The position numbers and the translations under genes are program-made. A DNA stretch of 64,000 bases from Neocallimastix sp. 'constans' (taxonomy: Eukaryota): positions 1-64,000 of the forward strand of contig JBODTK010000135.1 of assembly GCA_050613775.1 (NCBI GenBank), read 5' to 3'. The notes beneath the pieces are model-generated. The model ran no database searches and was not told where the DNA came from. It saw nothing but the letters and a program-made list of their open reading frames with translations. Positions 44,489-58,457 of the stretch are shown here, in pieces. Every line of letters begins with the position of its first letter. Positions within the stretch are counted from its first letter, which is position 1.

Positions 44489-46107
44489 AAAAATTAATTA
44501 ACATAATTATATATATTAAATCTATTCCAAACATTATAATTAAAGTTTATTTATATACATTTATTTTATTTTTTTTTATATTTAAATAAATATAACTTTT
44601 TTTTAAAAAAAAAAAAAAAAGAAAAAAGGTAGTTAAATTAGTATTTGAATATAAATAGATGACCTAATTAATTATAATAATTAATATTTCTATTATTATT
44701 TTATTTCTTAATTATAAGAAAAGTTCTATTATTTATATCATTAAATATACAATTTATAATTATTAAATATTACTATTAACTATTATAAAATTCATTTTTA
44801 TTTTAATTAAATTGTATTTTTTTTTTAAAAAAAATATAACTATATAAAGTAATTTTAAACATTTTACTCCCTAAGTAAAAAAAATATATATTTTTTAATT
44901 TATATATATAAAAATAAATGAATGAATAAATATTTATATAAATAAAGAAGGTTGAGATTTTAATTATTTAATATATGACATTATGAAATTAAAAAAATTC
45001 AATTAAATGAAAATCCTTTTTTTTTTTTTTTTTTATTTTTATCTTTTTGTTTAAAATTCTATTTAATATTCTAATACTAATATTTTATAACAGTATAAAT
45101 TAATTTTAGTATAAATTTTAATTGTTCTAATTTTTATAATTAATTTTTATCTATTTTTAATATTTAAATTAATTAAAATAATTAATTATTCATTGTTTTA
45201 ATTTAACGATTAATCATTATCAATTCTTAATAATTATCTATTTATTTATAATTTAATATATATTTATTATTTACCCTTTATTTATTTATTATTTATGATT
45301 TACCATCTATCATTACCCATTTACTATTATTTAATATTCATAATTTATTATTTACTATTTATTATATGATATATGTGTTTATTTATTCCATATAAAAATA
45401 CGAAAACATTATGGTTAACAAGGAGAAAAGTGGATAGTACATTCATGATATTTTATATGGAATGAATATCACATGAATAACATTAGGTAAATATATCCAA
45501 GTTACACAAAATATTTAAAACGATTTAATATATAACTCTTACTCTCTTTTAGGGAGACAGAAGAATATAATTTATTAATTTATTTATTATAAAATATATT
45601 TAATTATTTTAAAATATTAATATTTATAATTTCATATTATTATTATTATTATTATTATTATTAAACGACTTTTATTTATTGATATAATAAAAACAAATGT
45701 TGAAAAAGACCAAGAATAAAATATTATAATATAAATAATTAAAGATTAATAATAATTATAAAATATATAAAATATATAAAATAAAACAATTAAAATAAAA
45801 TAAAACTTATAAATTTACAAATTATTTACATATTTATATAACATAAAATTTATGTGATAAATTTTATGCTTACATTAAATTTATGCAATTGTATTGAATT
45901 TATGATAATTTATGAAATTTATGATACATCATAAATCTATTTTATATCATGTTACATAAAATCACACTATAAATCAATGATAATTAATCAAATGATTAAT
46001 TAATGATTTATTAATTTATTTTTATGTAATTACTAACAAAATAATTTATTAATAATTAAAGTTTTTATTTTCATATTATATCTATTATTGTTAACATAAA
46101 TTAAAAC

Positions 46108-46189
46108 GAGTGTGTCATATCACAAAAGTTTCATTTCTGAAAAGTTTCATTTCGGAAAATTTTAATAAATAGATAAATAAATAATAAAA

Positions 46190-46221
<32 letters not shown>

Positions 46222-47309
46222 AAAAACATAAAAAATATAAAAATATAAAATAAAAAATAAAATATAAAATAAAAAATATAAAATATAAAATATAAAATAA
46301 ATAAATAAAAAAAAATACAAAATAAAAATAAAAAAAAATATGAAATAAAAAATAAAAAAAATAAAAAGATGAGAACATCATAAAAAAGGGAGTTAAAAGT
46401 AGCACAAAGTTAGGATGATTTTAGGTGGTATCTACTTTTTTTATTTTTTATTTTTAAAAAAATAAAAAATAAAAAATAAAAAAAAAAATACAAAATATAA
46501 AAATATAAAATAAAAAATAAAAAAAAATAAAAAATATAAAAAAAATAAAAAATATAAAAAAAATAAAAAATATAAAAATATAAAATAAAAAATATAAAAT
46601 ATAAAATATAAAATACAAAATAAAAAAAAAATAGATACCACCTAAAATCATCCTAACTTTGTGCTACTTTTAACTCCCTTTTTTATGATATCCTCATCTT
46701 TTTTTTTTTTTTTTTTCTACTGAATTATTTATAAATATTTCTTTTATTAAAAAAATTTTATTAGTAATTAAAATTTTTTTAAAATACTGCTCAAGGAATT
46801 AAGGTGTAAAAATGATCAATTAAATTATTTAGATATTATTTTTTAGTCTTTATAATAATTATTTTTTAATTATTTTAATTTTAATAGTTATATTTTAAAT
46901 TATTATCTTTATACAACTTTTAAATTATTAATACTTATTTATATATATATATAATTATTATTAATCATATATTATAGAACATTTAAAATGTATGATAAAA
47001 TATTTTATTTTTTTAAAGCTTTAATTCTAATGAATATTTATTATTATATAATGTATATATGTATATAAATATTTTTCTTTTTTTTAAAAAATTAAATTTT
47101 AAATTTATTTATTTATTATAGTTTTATTTATTTATTTTTATTTATTTAGTTATTTATTTAAATTATATATATTATTTATTATTTATTTATTTTATTATTA
47201 ATATATTCATTTATTAACTTTAAAAAAATTTTTTTTAAATGAAACTCTTTATGTAAATTTTCCGAAATGAAACTTTCAAAAATGAAATTTTTCGAAATGC
47301 ACCTCCCTC
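46108..47309. mobile_element. Non-autonomous TIR DNA transposon (about 1.2 kb) with 8-bp TSD ATTAAAAC; Mutator-like or hAT/Merlin-class
   Basis: Left end gagtgtgtcat...agtttcatttcggaaaattt and right end aaattttccgaaatgaaact...gcacctccctc are imperfect inverted repeats of about 55 bp. attaaaac occurs at 46100-46107 and 47310-47317. Confidence 0.8.
46367..46699. repeat. 68-bp inverted repeat pair (2 mismatches) around an A-rich spacer; nested MITE/foldback
   Basis: 46367-46434 (agatgagaacatc...ggtggtatcta) is the reverse complement of 46632-46699. Confidence 0.9.
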
Positions 47310-47939
47310 ATTAAAACATAACGTATTATTTAACATTAAAAACATAAATAAATATATTGTATTATTAATTATTAAGTAGTTATCCTTTTCTATTATTATT
47401 TATAATTTTTTATATTTTTTTATTATTTATTATTAATTATTTATTTTTTTATTATTTATTATTAATTATTATTTATTATTATTATTTATTATTTATTATT
47501 ATTTATTTTTTCATTATTTATTATTTATTATTTATTATTTATTATTTATTATTTATTTTTTTTATTATTTATTATTTATTATTTATTATTTATTTTTTTT
47601 ATTATTTATTTATCTCAATTATACAAAATGTCTAATTTCAATTACAAAAATATTAATAAAAGAAATTCAAATAATAGTTCAAATTATTAAAATAATTATA
47701 AACATTACAATAATAATTATTACAAAAATTATTCCAGCAGTCAGAATAATAATATTAATAAAAAATATTCTGATATTAGTAAAACCACAAAAAATTAGCT
47801 CAAAAAACCAACCACTAAATAGATTTTATCATATATATTCCAGACTCCAATCCAATTCTGGAAATCCCAAAACTTTTTAAAACTTATTACAACGAAATTA
47901 AACAAATTAAATTGTAATACATTGAAGAACAAAATAAAT

Positions 47940-48970
47940 TAAAATATGAATCAATTTTAGGCAGCGGTTCATATTGTAATTTCATTTTGACAGAATTAAT
48001 TAAAAAAATTAAATTTAAAGACATAAAAAAAAAAAAAAAAAACACTAATATCATTCAAATAAAGCGGCATTATGGGTTCAACAAAAATCAATGAATATAT
48101 TAAGCTTTATTTTCAAACAAAGATCTCATTAAACAAATTCAATTTATTTAATTACACTTAATGGGAAATTTTTAGTAACAGATATAATTCCAATTTATTT
48201 ATTGCTTGGGAATAAATTTATGGATAAAAAATAAAATTACATTACAAATGAAACAACAAAATAATTTTTTCAGATTTAAATTTAAATAATTTTGGAAAAA
48301 AAATATTATTATTAAAAAAATAAAGAATTTATTTATAAATTAAGTCCAAATTTTAATAAATATTAAATTTTAATAAAACTAATTTTTCAAAATTTAATAA
48401 AAATAAAATTTATATTGAATCAAAAATTCAATGCAAACAAACCAATTTAGTAGATTCAACCACAAATAACTCCCCAACTAATGATTCAAAATATATGAAA
48501 TTTTAAAATTTACATGAATTATAATAATAACATTAAGTAAATCAAAAATATAAAGCCACATTTATATCTAATAATTATACAAAAAACGTTCCAAATTCCA
48601 GAAAAAATTACAATAATTCAAAAAATTTAGTAAATAATAAAAACAAAAATTTAGCTTGTGTAACTATGAGCAATACTACAAAATATTCATTAAAAAAATT
48701 GAAATTCAAGATGAATTTAATTTCAATTATTTTATTTATTCATTTTTTATTTAATAATAATGATTCATAGGATTATTTTGATGATGAAAAGGAAGAAGAA
48801 GACTTTAAAATTATGGATATTCCAGAGGCATATAGAGATTTAATAGAAGTTTTTAATAAAATTAAAGTTGATAAATTACCTCCTCATCGACTTACTGACA
48901 GTAAAATTGTACTGCAAAAAAAAAAAAAAAAAAAAAAAAAAAACGCTACCTTATATCCACTTACAGAAGT
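47940..48970 (+). mobile_element. Degenerate Ty3/Gypsy pol relic (aspartic protease and pre-RT linker)
   Basis: LGSGSYCNFI near 47957 (decayed DSGS..NFI), LLGNKF near 48200, and IPEAYRDLIEVFNKIKVDKLPPHRLTD..I.L...LYPLT at 48813-48965. Confidence 0.75.
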
Positions 48971-49664
48971 TAATTCAAAAAAAAAAAAAAAGGAAGACAC
49001 GGATTTAAGGAATCTCTTTTGGTGATAAACTATGTTGTGGAGGTCTCTTTTGCAGATGCCATTGTGTTATGTGTTCCAACAAGATCTCAACTTAAGAAAC
49101 TGTTAAAATTTGCAAGTAGACGGGAATAATGAAATACAATGAATACTTTTTTTTTTAAAAACAACAAATTTAAAAAAAAAATATTATTTATCCAAATTGA
49201 ATATAATAATATTTTAAATGTAAATGTGAAATAAAAGTAAAATTCAAAATAAGGTGTATGAACAAATTCAAAAAAAAAGTTCATATGTAATGAATCTCTT
49301 TCCAGATTATAAGATTTTTTATAAAAGAATTCTTATACAGGATTAGGGTTTGAATTGACAATCTGAAAAATAAAATATCAATATTATTTTAATATCTTTT
49401 AAACATTCAATTATTTCCATATTGTTCTATATAAATATATAAGAGATATCGATATTTCATTATTATTATTATGAAGTGGAATTATCATTAATTATGTTTA
49501 AAAGTCAAATAATATTAAAGAAAAATTTTTTTTTTTTTTTGAATAGAAATAAAACATGTTTAGTAATATTTAAATAAAAATAAATAGAAATGAAATAAAA
49601 ATAAAAAATAAAAAATAAAAAAAAAAAAAAGAAAAGAACAAAATATAATTATTAATTTTCAAAA

Positions 49665-49705
<41 letters not shown>

Positions 49706-50359
49706 ATAATAATAAATTTTAAAAATGATTTTTCTAAATAAATAATCAAATATCCAATATATTATTCGATTATTTTATTTATATTAATTAATAATTTTTA
49801 TTAATTATGATATAAATTTAATATATAATATTTGTGAAACAATATCTTTTTTTTTTTTTATTGTTCAATGTTCAAAAATTAAAATTAAGCTTAGTATTAT
49901 TTAGATCAAAATAATATAAAAATTTATAATTTTTAAACTATTACTTTAAAAATGTTCATTGGTCTAAATTTTAAATTTTAATTTATATTATTATTAGTTA
50001 TTAACAATAAATTATATAATTTATGATAGAATTCGAATATATAAATATATATATTCGATTATATCCAAATATGTAGTAATAATACTAATATATAATTATT
50101 TATAAATATAAATACTTTTAAATTCTATATTAATAAAAATTTAATTTAATTTCAAAAATTTTTTATTTTAAATAGTTTAATTACAGATAGCTATTGAAGC
50201 TATGTAATTTCAAAAATTTTAAGTTAAAATAGTTAATTACAGATAGCTATTGAAAAATTTTTTAATTTCAAATTTCTTTTTTATCATATTACATTATATA
50301 TATGCCTTATTTAAAATTGTATCTAATTCTATTACATTATATATATATTTATAAGCCTT

Positions 50360-50406
<47 letters not shown>

Positions 50407-50430
50407 GAGTTAATGTTATTAATTTCATTC

Positions 50431-52654
50431 TTAATCAACCCCATTATGGGTATTATCATAGTTTACAATGTCACTTTTTCTATTATTGTAGTTATCAATT
50501 ACAAAGTTATTATATTCTATAATGTTATTATTGTTATTAATTGTAATGGAGTTTTCATTATCATTGGTATAAATATTATTATTATTATTATTACAATTAA
50601 AGATTTTACTTTGTCTAACGCTGCTGTTATTATTTATATTAATAGGACTAGTTTTAATATTTATAATATTATAGTTTGTGCTGTTATTCGCATCATTAAT
50701 AATGCTATTTTTACTATTATTTATAATATTATGGTTAGTTTTGTTATTTGTATTATTAATAATATCATTTTTATTATTATCTACATTATTATAATTAGTG
50801 TTATTATCTACATTATTATGGTTGGTATTGTTATCTACATTATTACGGTTGGTGTTGTTATTTATATTATTATTTTTGTCGTAATTCAATAAATTACTAT
50901 TACTATGTTTAATCCGTTTCATAGAATGAATACTATTATAAGCAGAACTACTACTGAAACTATTACTACGATTATATCTACTCAAAGTCTGATTATCTAT
51001 ATAACTGTTACTTTTATTAAGATAATTAAGATTATCATAGTAATAGCTACTACTGTAACTATTACTACGATTAGTTCTAAGAAAGGTTTGGTTTTCATTA
51101 CTATTTTCAGTCAATGTTATACTACTGTTACCATTACTACGAAGTTTTCTGTGATTAATTTCATTATTTTTTCCTTTAGATAAATTATGGTCCAAGGTAT
51201 AATTTGAATAATTACTTTTTAAGGTATTATAACTATTATCATTTTTTCCTTTAGAATTACTATGATCTAAGGTATAATTTGAATAATTACTTTTTAAGGT
51301 ACTATAACTATTATCATTTTTTCCTTTAGAATTACTATGATCTAAGGTATAATTTGAATGGTTACTCTTTAATGTATTATAATTTATGAATGAACTATTC
51401 GAAATTGATTTTTTCTTATCATCGGTAGTAGAAATACCATTAATTGAGATATTAACAGAATATTGGGTTTCTTCTTCGTTGGAATGAATTAACAAAATTT
51501 GATCAATGAAAATCATAAAATACTGTACATTGTTTATTGATTGTCTAATTTCATCAAAAGAAAATTCTAAATTATGATATTGGTATTTTTTATAGAAATA
51601 AAATTTAATGATAATAGTAACGGAAATTATAGGTAAAAATACAGCGCAAACTCCAGCGGTAACAAGAATTCTAAACTGAGAAAAGCTCTTAAACTTCTTT
51701 AAAAAACTTATTTCACTAGTTTTAACATATGATAAACTTTTTTTCACCACATAATATACGGAAAAATCATAGATGAAAGAGGAATATATAATAATTAAAT
51801 GTATTATCCAATAGTTGAAATAAAATAAATCAACTTTTTTCTTTTGATAAACTCCATTTTTATCATATAATTCTGTTGGACTGAGAGTCCAATGAAGTAT
51901 AATTAAGGATAACTTTGAAATATTGAATAATCCACAACTTACATATACAATCCATATAGATTTTTGTTCTTTTGCTACTGCTTTTGTACGAATTAATGGA
52001 TACCAGTCAGCAACCATTTCACCTATACACCAAAACATACAGCCTATTTGTCGAGTTAGAAACCATCTTAATGGGTGCATTTCAGGAGAAGGTGAATCAT
52101 TTTTACATTGATAACTAATGATATTACCATTCACATCGGTGACAGGGATATTTGAAAAATAGTGAGGCATTAAATCACCAAATTTATTTATTACATCACC
52201 TAAAGAACTATATTAATATATATATAATTTATATATATATATATATATGTATATATATAAAAGATATCTATCAATATTTAAAATTTATATTTGAAATTTT
52301 TATTTATACTTGAAATTTAGTTTATGTTTAAATCTAATTTTCTAATTATAATATTTACCGTAATATGAAATGAATAAGAATAATTTTTAATACTGTTTTT
52401 TTAAAATTAAATTTATGTAATATAAAAATTAATAAAGTCCAATAGAAAAAAGTAAACTGTATTGGTTTATTAAGGGCATATATTATTGTTCTTATTATAT
52501 CAATTTGATTATTTATATATTCTTCTTTGCTGAGATTATTTGTATAAATTTCGTAACAAGTAAAGTTTGTTCCTTTACTTCTTAACCATTGAAAATATGT
52601 TGCCTTTTCTCCATTTTCTATAAAATATTGCCTTTCTGATTCTAAATTTATCAT
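50431..52654 (-). CDS. Orphan 7TM (GPCR-like) protein, paralogue 2, about 690 aa. Exons 52654-52359 and 52207-50431
   Basis: 151-nt phase-2 GT-AG intron at HFILR|SLGD; same motifs as paralogue 1; long repeat-containing Ser/Asn tail. Confidence 0.87.
51165..51385 (-). repeat. 75-bp coding tandem repeat, 3 copies (25 aa, Y[NS]TLKSN[HY]SNYTLDHSNSKGKNDNS)
   Basis: Visible in the translation and as ttttcctttaga at 75-bp spacing. Confidence 0.9.
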
Positions 52655-55013
52655 TTTTAACTTTTATTATAATTATTGTTATGTAATTTTATTTTATATA
52701 TACAATAGAAATTGAATTATTTGATGAATTAAAAGTGCTTTATAAATATTATTTTCCCCCTTTTTTACTTATTTATTCGTATTTCTTTCTTATTATATTA
52801 TATCACCAATATGAATATTTGATATAAAATTAATATTAGACAGTTATATTTATTCGTATTTCTTTCTTTCTTTTTTTTTTTTTTTTTTTTTTTTTAATTA
52901 TATAATATCACTTCTTTATTATATTATTATATTATATCACCAATATGAATATTTGATATAAAATTAATATTAAACAGTTATATTTTTCTTTAATATTATT
53001 ATATACAATATGAATAAATAAATATATATTTTTTATATACAATTTTATTTTTTTTTTTATTTTATAAAATATAATTAACATTTTTTTATAACATTTTTTC
53101 AAAAATTTTTTATAAATATCTAATATGAAAGAAAAAAAGGAATTTATATTATTTATATAATATATACTATTTTTTTTCTTCTTTTATTTTATTAACTGTT
53201 CAATATATTAACCGTTTAATATATTAACTGTTTAATATATTAACTATTTAATATAAACAATTAATTACTTATATTTTCTTAATACCAGTTTCATTATTTA
53301 ATTAATAATATAATTATTTTCTTGAGAAAAGAAAAAGAAATATTAAAAAAAAAAAAATAAAAATAATAAAAAAAAAAACGGTTTATTTTTAACTTTATGT
53401 TTTAATTTAATACTAATTTATTATATTAAATATAAAAAAATAGAATTGGATATGTACCAAAAATTTAAATTTAGAATTATATATAAAATAATATGATTTG
53501 TTAGACAGATTGTGGTTATCACATAAACATTAATTTAAATAATCATAAAATATAAAAAAAATATTAATAAAATATTATTAAAATAATAAAAAAAATAAAT
53601 AAAAAACTTTATTTTATAAATAAAATTTTTTTTATAACAATATGATTAAAAATAAAAAATAAAAAATAAATGAAAAAAATAAATAAACATATATATTTTA
53701 TTATGTGTATTTTGTTATCCCAATTTAATTAAATTATTGTTTATTATTTATTAAGGTTTTTAATATTACTACAAAAGTATAAAGTAAATGGTTAATACTA
53801 TATTATATATTTAAAATATTAATTAAAATATTAATAATGAAATATATATAATAAAAATAAAATAAAATAAAGTTTTTTGGTTATTCACATGAAAACTTTC
53901 ATTAATATAATAATATTATTGTTTCATTTACCTTGTTTTTCTGTTTTAGTCATAATAAAATCATTCATATATTTTTTTTATGAATAATTTGATAAACTAA
54001 TGTATTAATACACCAAACTAATACAAAAAAAAAAAAAAAAATAAATTAGTTAACTATAATTATTACTATTATAAAAATATTAAAAAAAATAAAATATTAC
54101 TATATTAAATATTAATAAATTCTATTTATAAAATTTTCTTTAATGCTAAATAATATAAAAGACATATATATATAAAAATTATAGATAATTTTTTGTTTTA
54201 ATCTATTATTTTATTATACAGTATCATTAAATTATTTCATTAGAAAATATATTATATTCTTAATAAATTTCATTAAGAGATTTTTTTTTTTTTTTTTTTT
54301 TTTTAATTGCTGATATTATTTTTTATATTTCAAAATTTTGTTACCATTATAAAATATTAATATTCGTTTTTCTACAGTAACACAAATGTATCATTAAATA
54401 TTAATTAAAAAATTTGGTAGTAAATTTAATATTGTTCAAAATTATTAATTCTATTAAAATAAATGTTTTAATTAAAATTTTATTTTATAATATTTTTTTT
54501 CCACACATTTAATTACCTATGTATTTATTTATTGGCTTTATTATTAATTATAAACATAATAAAATCAATCAAAAAATTTTTAATTCTCTAAATTAGAATT
54601 TTAACAATAGCTATACATATCTTTCCTTTAAAGGATTTATTAATTTTATTAATGATATTTTTTAAGGAAAGATATAATTAATAAATCCTTTAAATAATAT
54701 AAATAAATAAATCTATATTTATCTAATAATTATTTATTATTTTCTCTTTTAAGTTGTGGAAAAATTTTTGAAAATAAATAAAAATTTAAAATTAATATTA
54801 AAAAAATTAATATTAAATAAAAATAATAAACAAATAAATAAATAATAAATGATAGCAATACAATAATAAATAATAATAAATTATTCTTCTAGTAAAATAT
54901 ATATTTTATTTTTTATTTTTATTGTTATTTCATTTTTTTTTTATTTAAAATATTTTTTTCCGCAAATTTAATTGTGTATATGTTTATTAGTTTTATATTT
55001 TTCCAAAATTCTT

Positions 55014-55085
<72 letters not shown>

Positions 55086-56469
55086 GTAAATTTTAATAAA
55101 TAATAATTTATAAGAAAATGGGAATACTAAATATATGATTTTATTATATTGTAATAATATTTTAATATTTTAATTTATATGTCTTTTTATATATATATAT
55201 ATAAATTATGTCACATATAAATATTCTAATTTATTACAATATGTGTAACTTGTTAAATATATTGATAATAAAAATTATGTAAATTATGTATATATAAATA
55301 ATTATTTCAGATATATATTTAGAGAAAATAAAATATTAAAAGATGGTGTTTTCTATATTTGTATACTAATAGATGAAATTCTATTAATATTCTTTGTATA
55401 TAATTTTAAGTTATTTATACATATTTACTAATATAAATATACTTATTAATACTTATAATTAATCTTTAAATATTTAAAATATTATAAAATGTCTAATTTT
55501 ATTATATACGTAATTTTTTTTTATTTTTTATTTTTTTTTTTTTAATTTCTAATTTTCAATTTATTATTCGAATTGTTTTTATTATTAAAAAAATTTAATA
55601 TTATATTATTTATTTATTGGTAAAAAAAAAAAAAACTTTTATTTGTTTATATCATATTCAATTAATTTTAATTCCATTTATGATATTATACACATATATA
55701 TATATATATATATATAAAAAAAAAGATATTCAAAGAATATTGATTAAAATATTTATAAAAATAATCCATAATAAATCTTTATCATTATCCATTGGTTTAA
55801 ATTTTTAAATTTTAATCTGAAGCTTTTGATAGATATTTTCATTGGTTTATTTACTAATATATCCAAAAAATTTATTTTTTTTTTTTTATAAATTTGTAAC
55901 AAATAATAATAAATTTTAATATTTATTTTATTTTATTTTATATATATATATGTTTAAAAAAAAAAATTATATATAATAAAGGTAAATAATAATAATAATT
56001 TAATTATTAATATTCATTCAATTTATGATTTTAATGTAATTAATAACCATCATTATTTTATTTATTTAACATTGTATTTTAAAATAAGTTATTTTTTATT
56101 TTTTTATTTTTATTTTTATTTTTTTTTAAATGAATTTTATATTATTTCTATAAATCATTTTATAAATTAGTAATATACCTCAAAAATTCTATGTTTTATA
56201 TATATTTATTTTTTATAATACAAATTTCTATTATAATAAATAATACGAATATATTCTAATATTTATATTATTGGAATATATATTTTATTATTAGAATAAA
56301 TATTTTATTAATAAAATTTTATTTATAATTTTAAAAAATTTAAATAATTATAAATTTATTATGGAAATAATTTTGTTAAAATATTAATAATATATATATT
56401 ATTTTATATACTGATTTAAAATATATTTATATATTTATATAATATTTTTTTTTTAATTATTTTATTCAA

Positions 56470-56500
<31 letters not shown>

Positions 56501-56509
56501 GATTTTTTT

Positions 56510-58089
56510 TTAACTATTAAAATAATAAATAGTTGATTCAGAAGAGCCGCTCTTTTGACTTTTCTCTTCATTGTTATTTTCTATTTTAATTATTGTTTCA
56601 TTTGATGAATTAAAATTATAATTATATAAATTTTCACTATTATTTATATTTATATTAGAGTTAGAATAGATATTGGAGTATACATTGTTCATATTAATAC
56701 TGTCATTTGATGGGCTTGGATTAAATTTCGGTATATAATTAGTGTTATATTGATTTTTAAAATCATAGACACTATTATTGTTATTACTGAAGTTGATATT
56801 GCTCATATTTTTTATGATACTTCTAGATCTATAAATATCATTTTTACTACCATTTCCTAATATCATTGAACTTTTTGGTCTTGAAACTTCTACAGAGGCT
56901 TCATTTTTTGATTGAAATAATAATATTTGATCAATGAAAATCATAAAATATTGAACATTATTAATGGATTGTCTAATTTCATCAAATGAAAATTCTAAAT
57001 TGTGATAATCATAACGGAGGTAATAGTAATATTTTAATATAATTGTTACTGAAATAATAGGTAAAAAGATGGCACACACTATAGCCGAAACAAGAATTCT
57101 ATATTCAGAAATAGTTTTGAATTTTCCAATAAATCCAAATTGGGTATAATTCATTTTATCAAAATTCTTTTTTAAGACAATGTAAACGGAACCATCATAA
57201 ATAGCAGAAGTATAAATGATAGCTAATTGAATTAACCAATAGTTAAAGTAAAATAAATCAATTTTTTTTTTGTCATAAACTCCTTCTTCATTATATAATT
57301 TGGAGGGACTGAGAGTAAAATGGTAGATAATTAATAAAACTTTGAAAAAATTAAATATACCACAGGTAACATAAACCATTCGTATATTTTTTTTCTCTTT
57401 ACATACAGCTTTAGTACGTAATAATGGATACCAATCTGCTACAATTTCACCAAGACACCAAAAAATACAGCCAATTTGACGAGTTAAAACCCATTTTAAT
57501 GGATGCATTTCTGGTGAAGGTGAATTATATTGGCAACCATAGGAATCTTGTCCTTTTTCTGTTACAGTTTTAGATGTAGCGTAATAACGTGGCATTAAAT
57601 CCCCAAATTTATTTATAATATCTCCTAAGGAACTATTAAATATTAATATAAAAAAAAAAAAAAAAATTAGTCTTCATGTTTTAATATTTTATACAATATT
57701 AATAATTATAACTTTTTAGTTAAAAATTCTTTTTCTATCTTTGCTAATGTTATCTTATATTTTAACATTTTTAAAAATATTTACCGTAATATAAAGTGAA
57801 CTAAAATTATTTTCATTACTGGTTTTTTAAAATTAAATTTATGAAGAATAAAAATTAATAAGGTCCAGTAAAAAAAAGTAAATTGAAGTGGTTTATGTAA
57901 TGCATATATTATCGTTCTTATTACATCAATTTCATTATTTAATTCTCCTTCTTTATCAAGACTATTTATATAATTAACATAACAGGTATAATTTGTTCCT
58001 TTACTTGTTAGCCACTGAAATATAGAAGCTTTAGATCTATCTTCAATAAAATATTTTCTTTGAGCTTCCATTTCTATTTGAGAATACAT
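56510..58089 (-). CDS. Orphan 7TM (GPCR-like) protein, paralogue 3, about 475 aa. Exons 58089-57785 and 57632-56510
   Basis: 152-nt phase-2 GT-AG intron at HFILR|SLGD; SPEMHP, GEIVADWYPLLRT and FSFDEIRQSINNVQYFMIFIDQILL are conserved. Confidence 0.87.
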
Positions 58090-58285
58090 TTTTTCTTTTT
58101 TTCTTTCTATATTATTTTTTTTTTATTTAATTCTATTTTTTATTTTATTTTATCTTATGTTTAATATGATATATTAATATTATAATTAAATAATTACTAG
58201 TATTATTATTATTAATTTGATTAAATAATATTATTTTATATATACATCAGTTTTTAATTATTAATATTATTATTTATCATTTTAT

Positions 58286-58318
<33 letters not shown>

Positions 58319-58422
58319 TAGGAAATAATTAATGTTTATATATAGATATAGTTAAATATTTTAGATTCTTTTTTTTTTTTTTTTTTGATTTTTTTTTTTT
58401 TTTTGATTTTTTTTTTTTTTTT

Positions 58423-58457
<35 letters not shown>

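Noticed and set aside
50413..50892. Hydrophobic 159-aa + strand ORF
   Set aside because: Antisense of the Asn-rich tail of 7TM paralogue 2.
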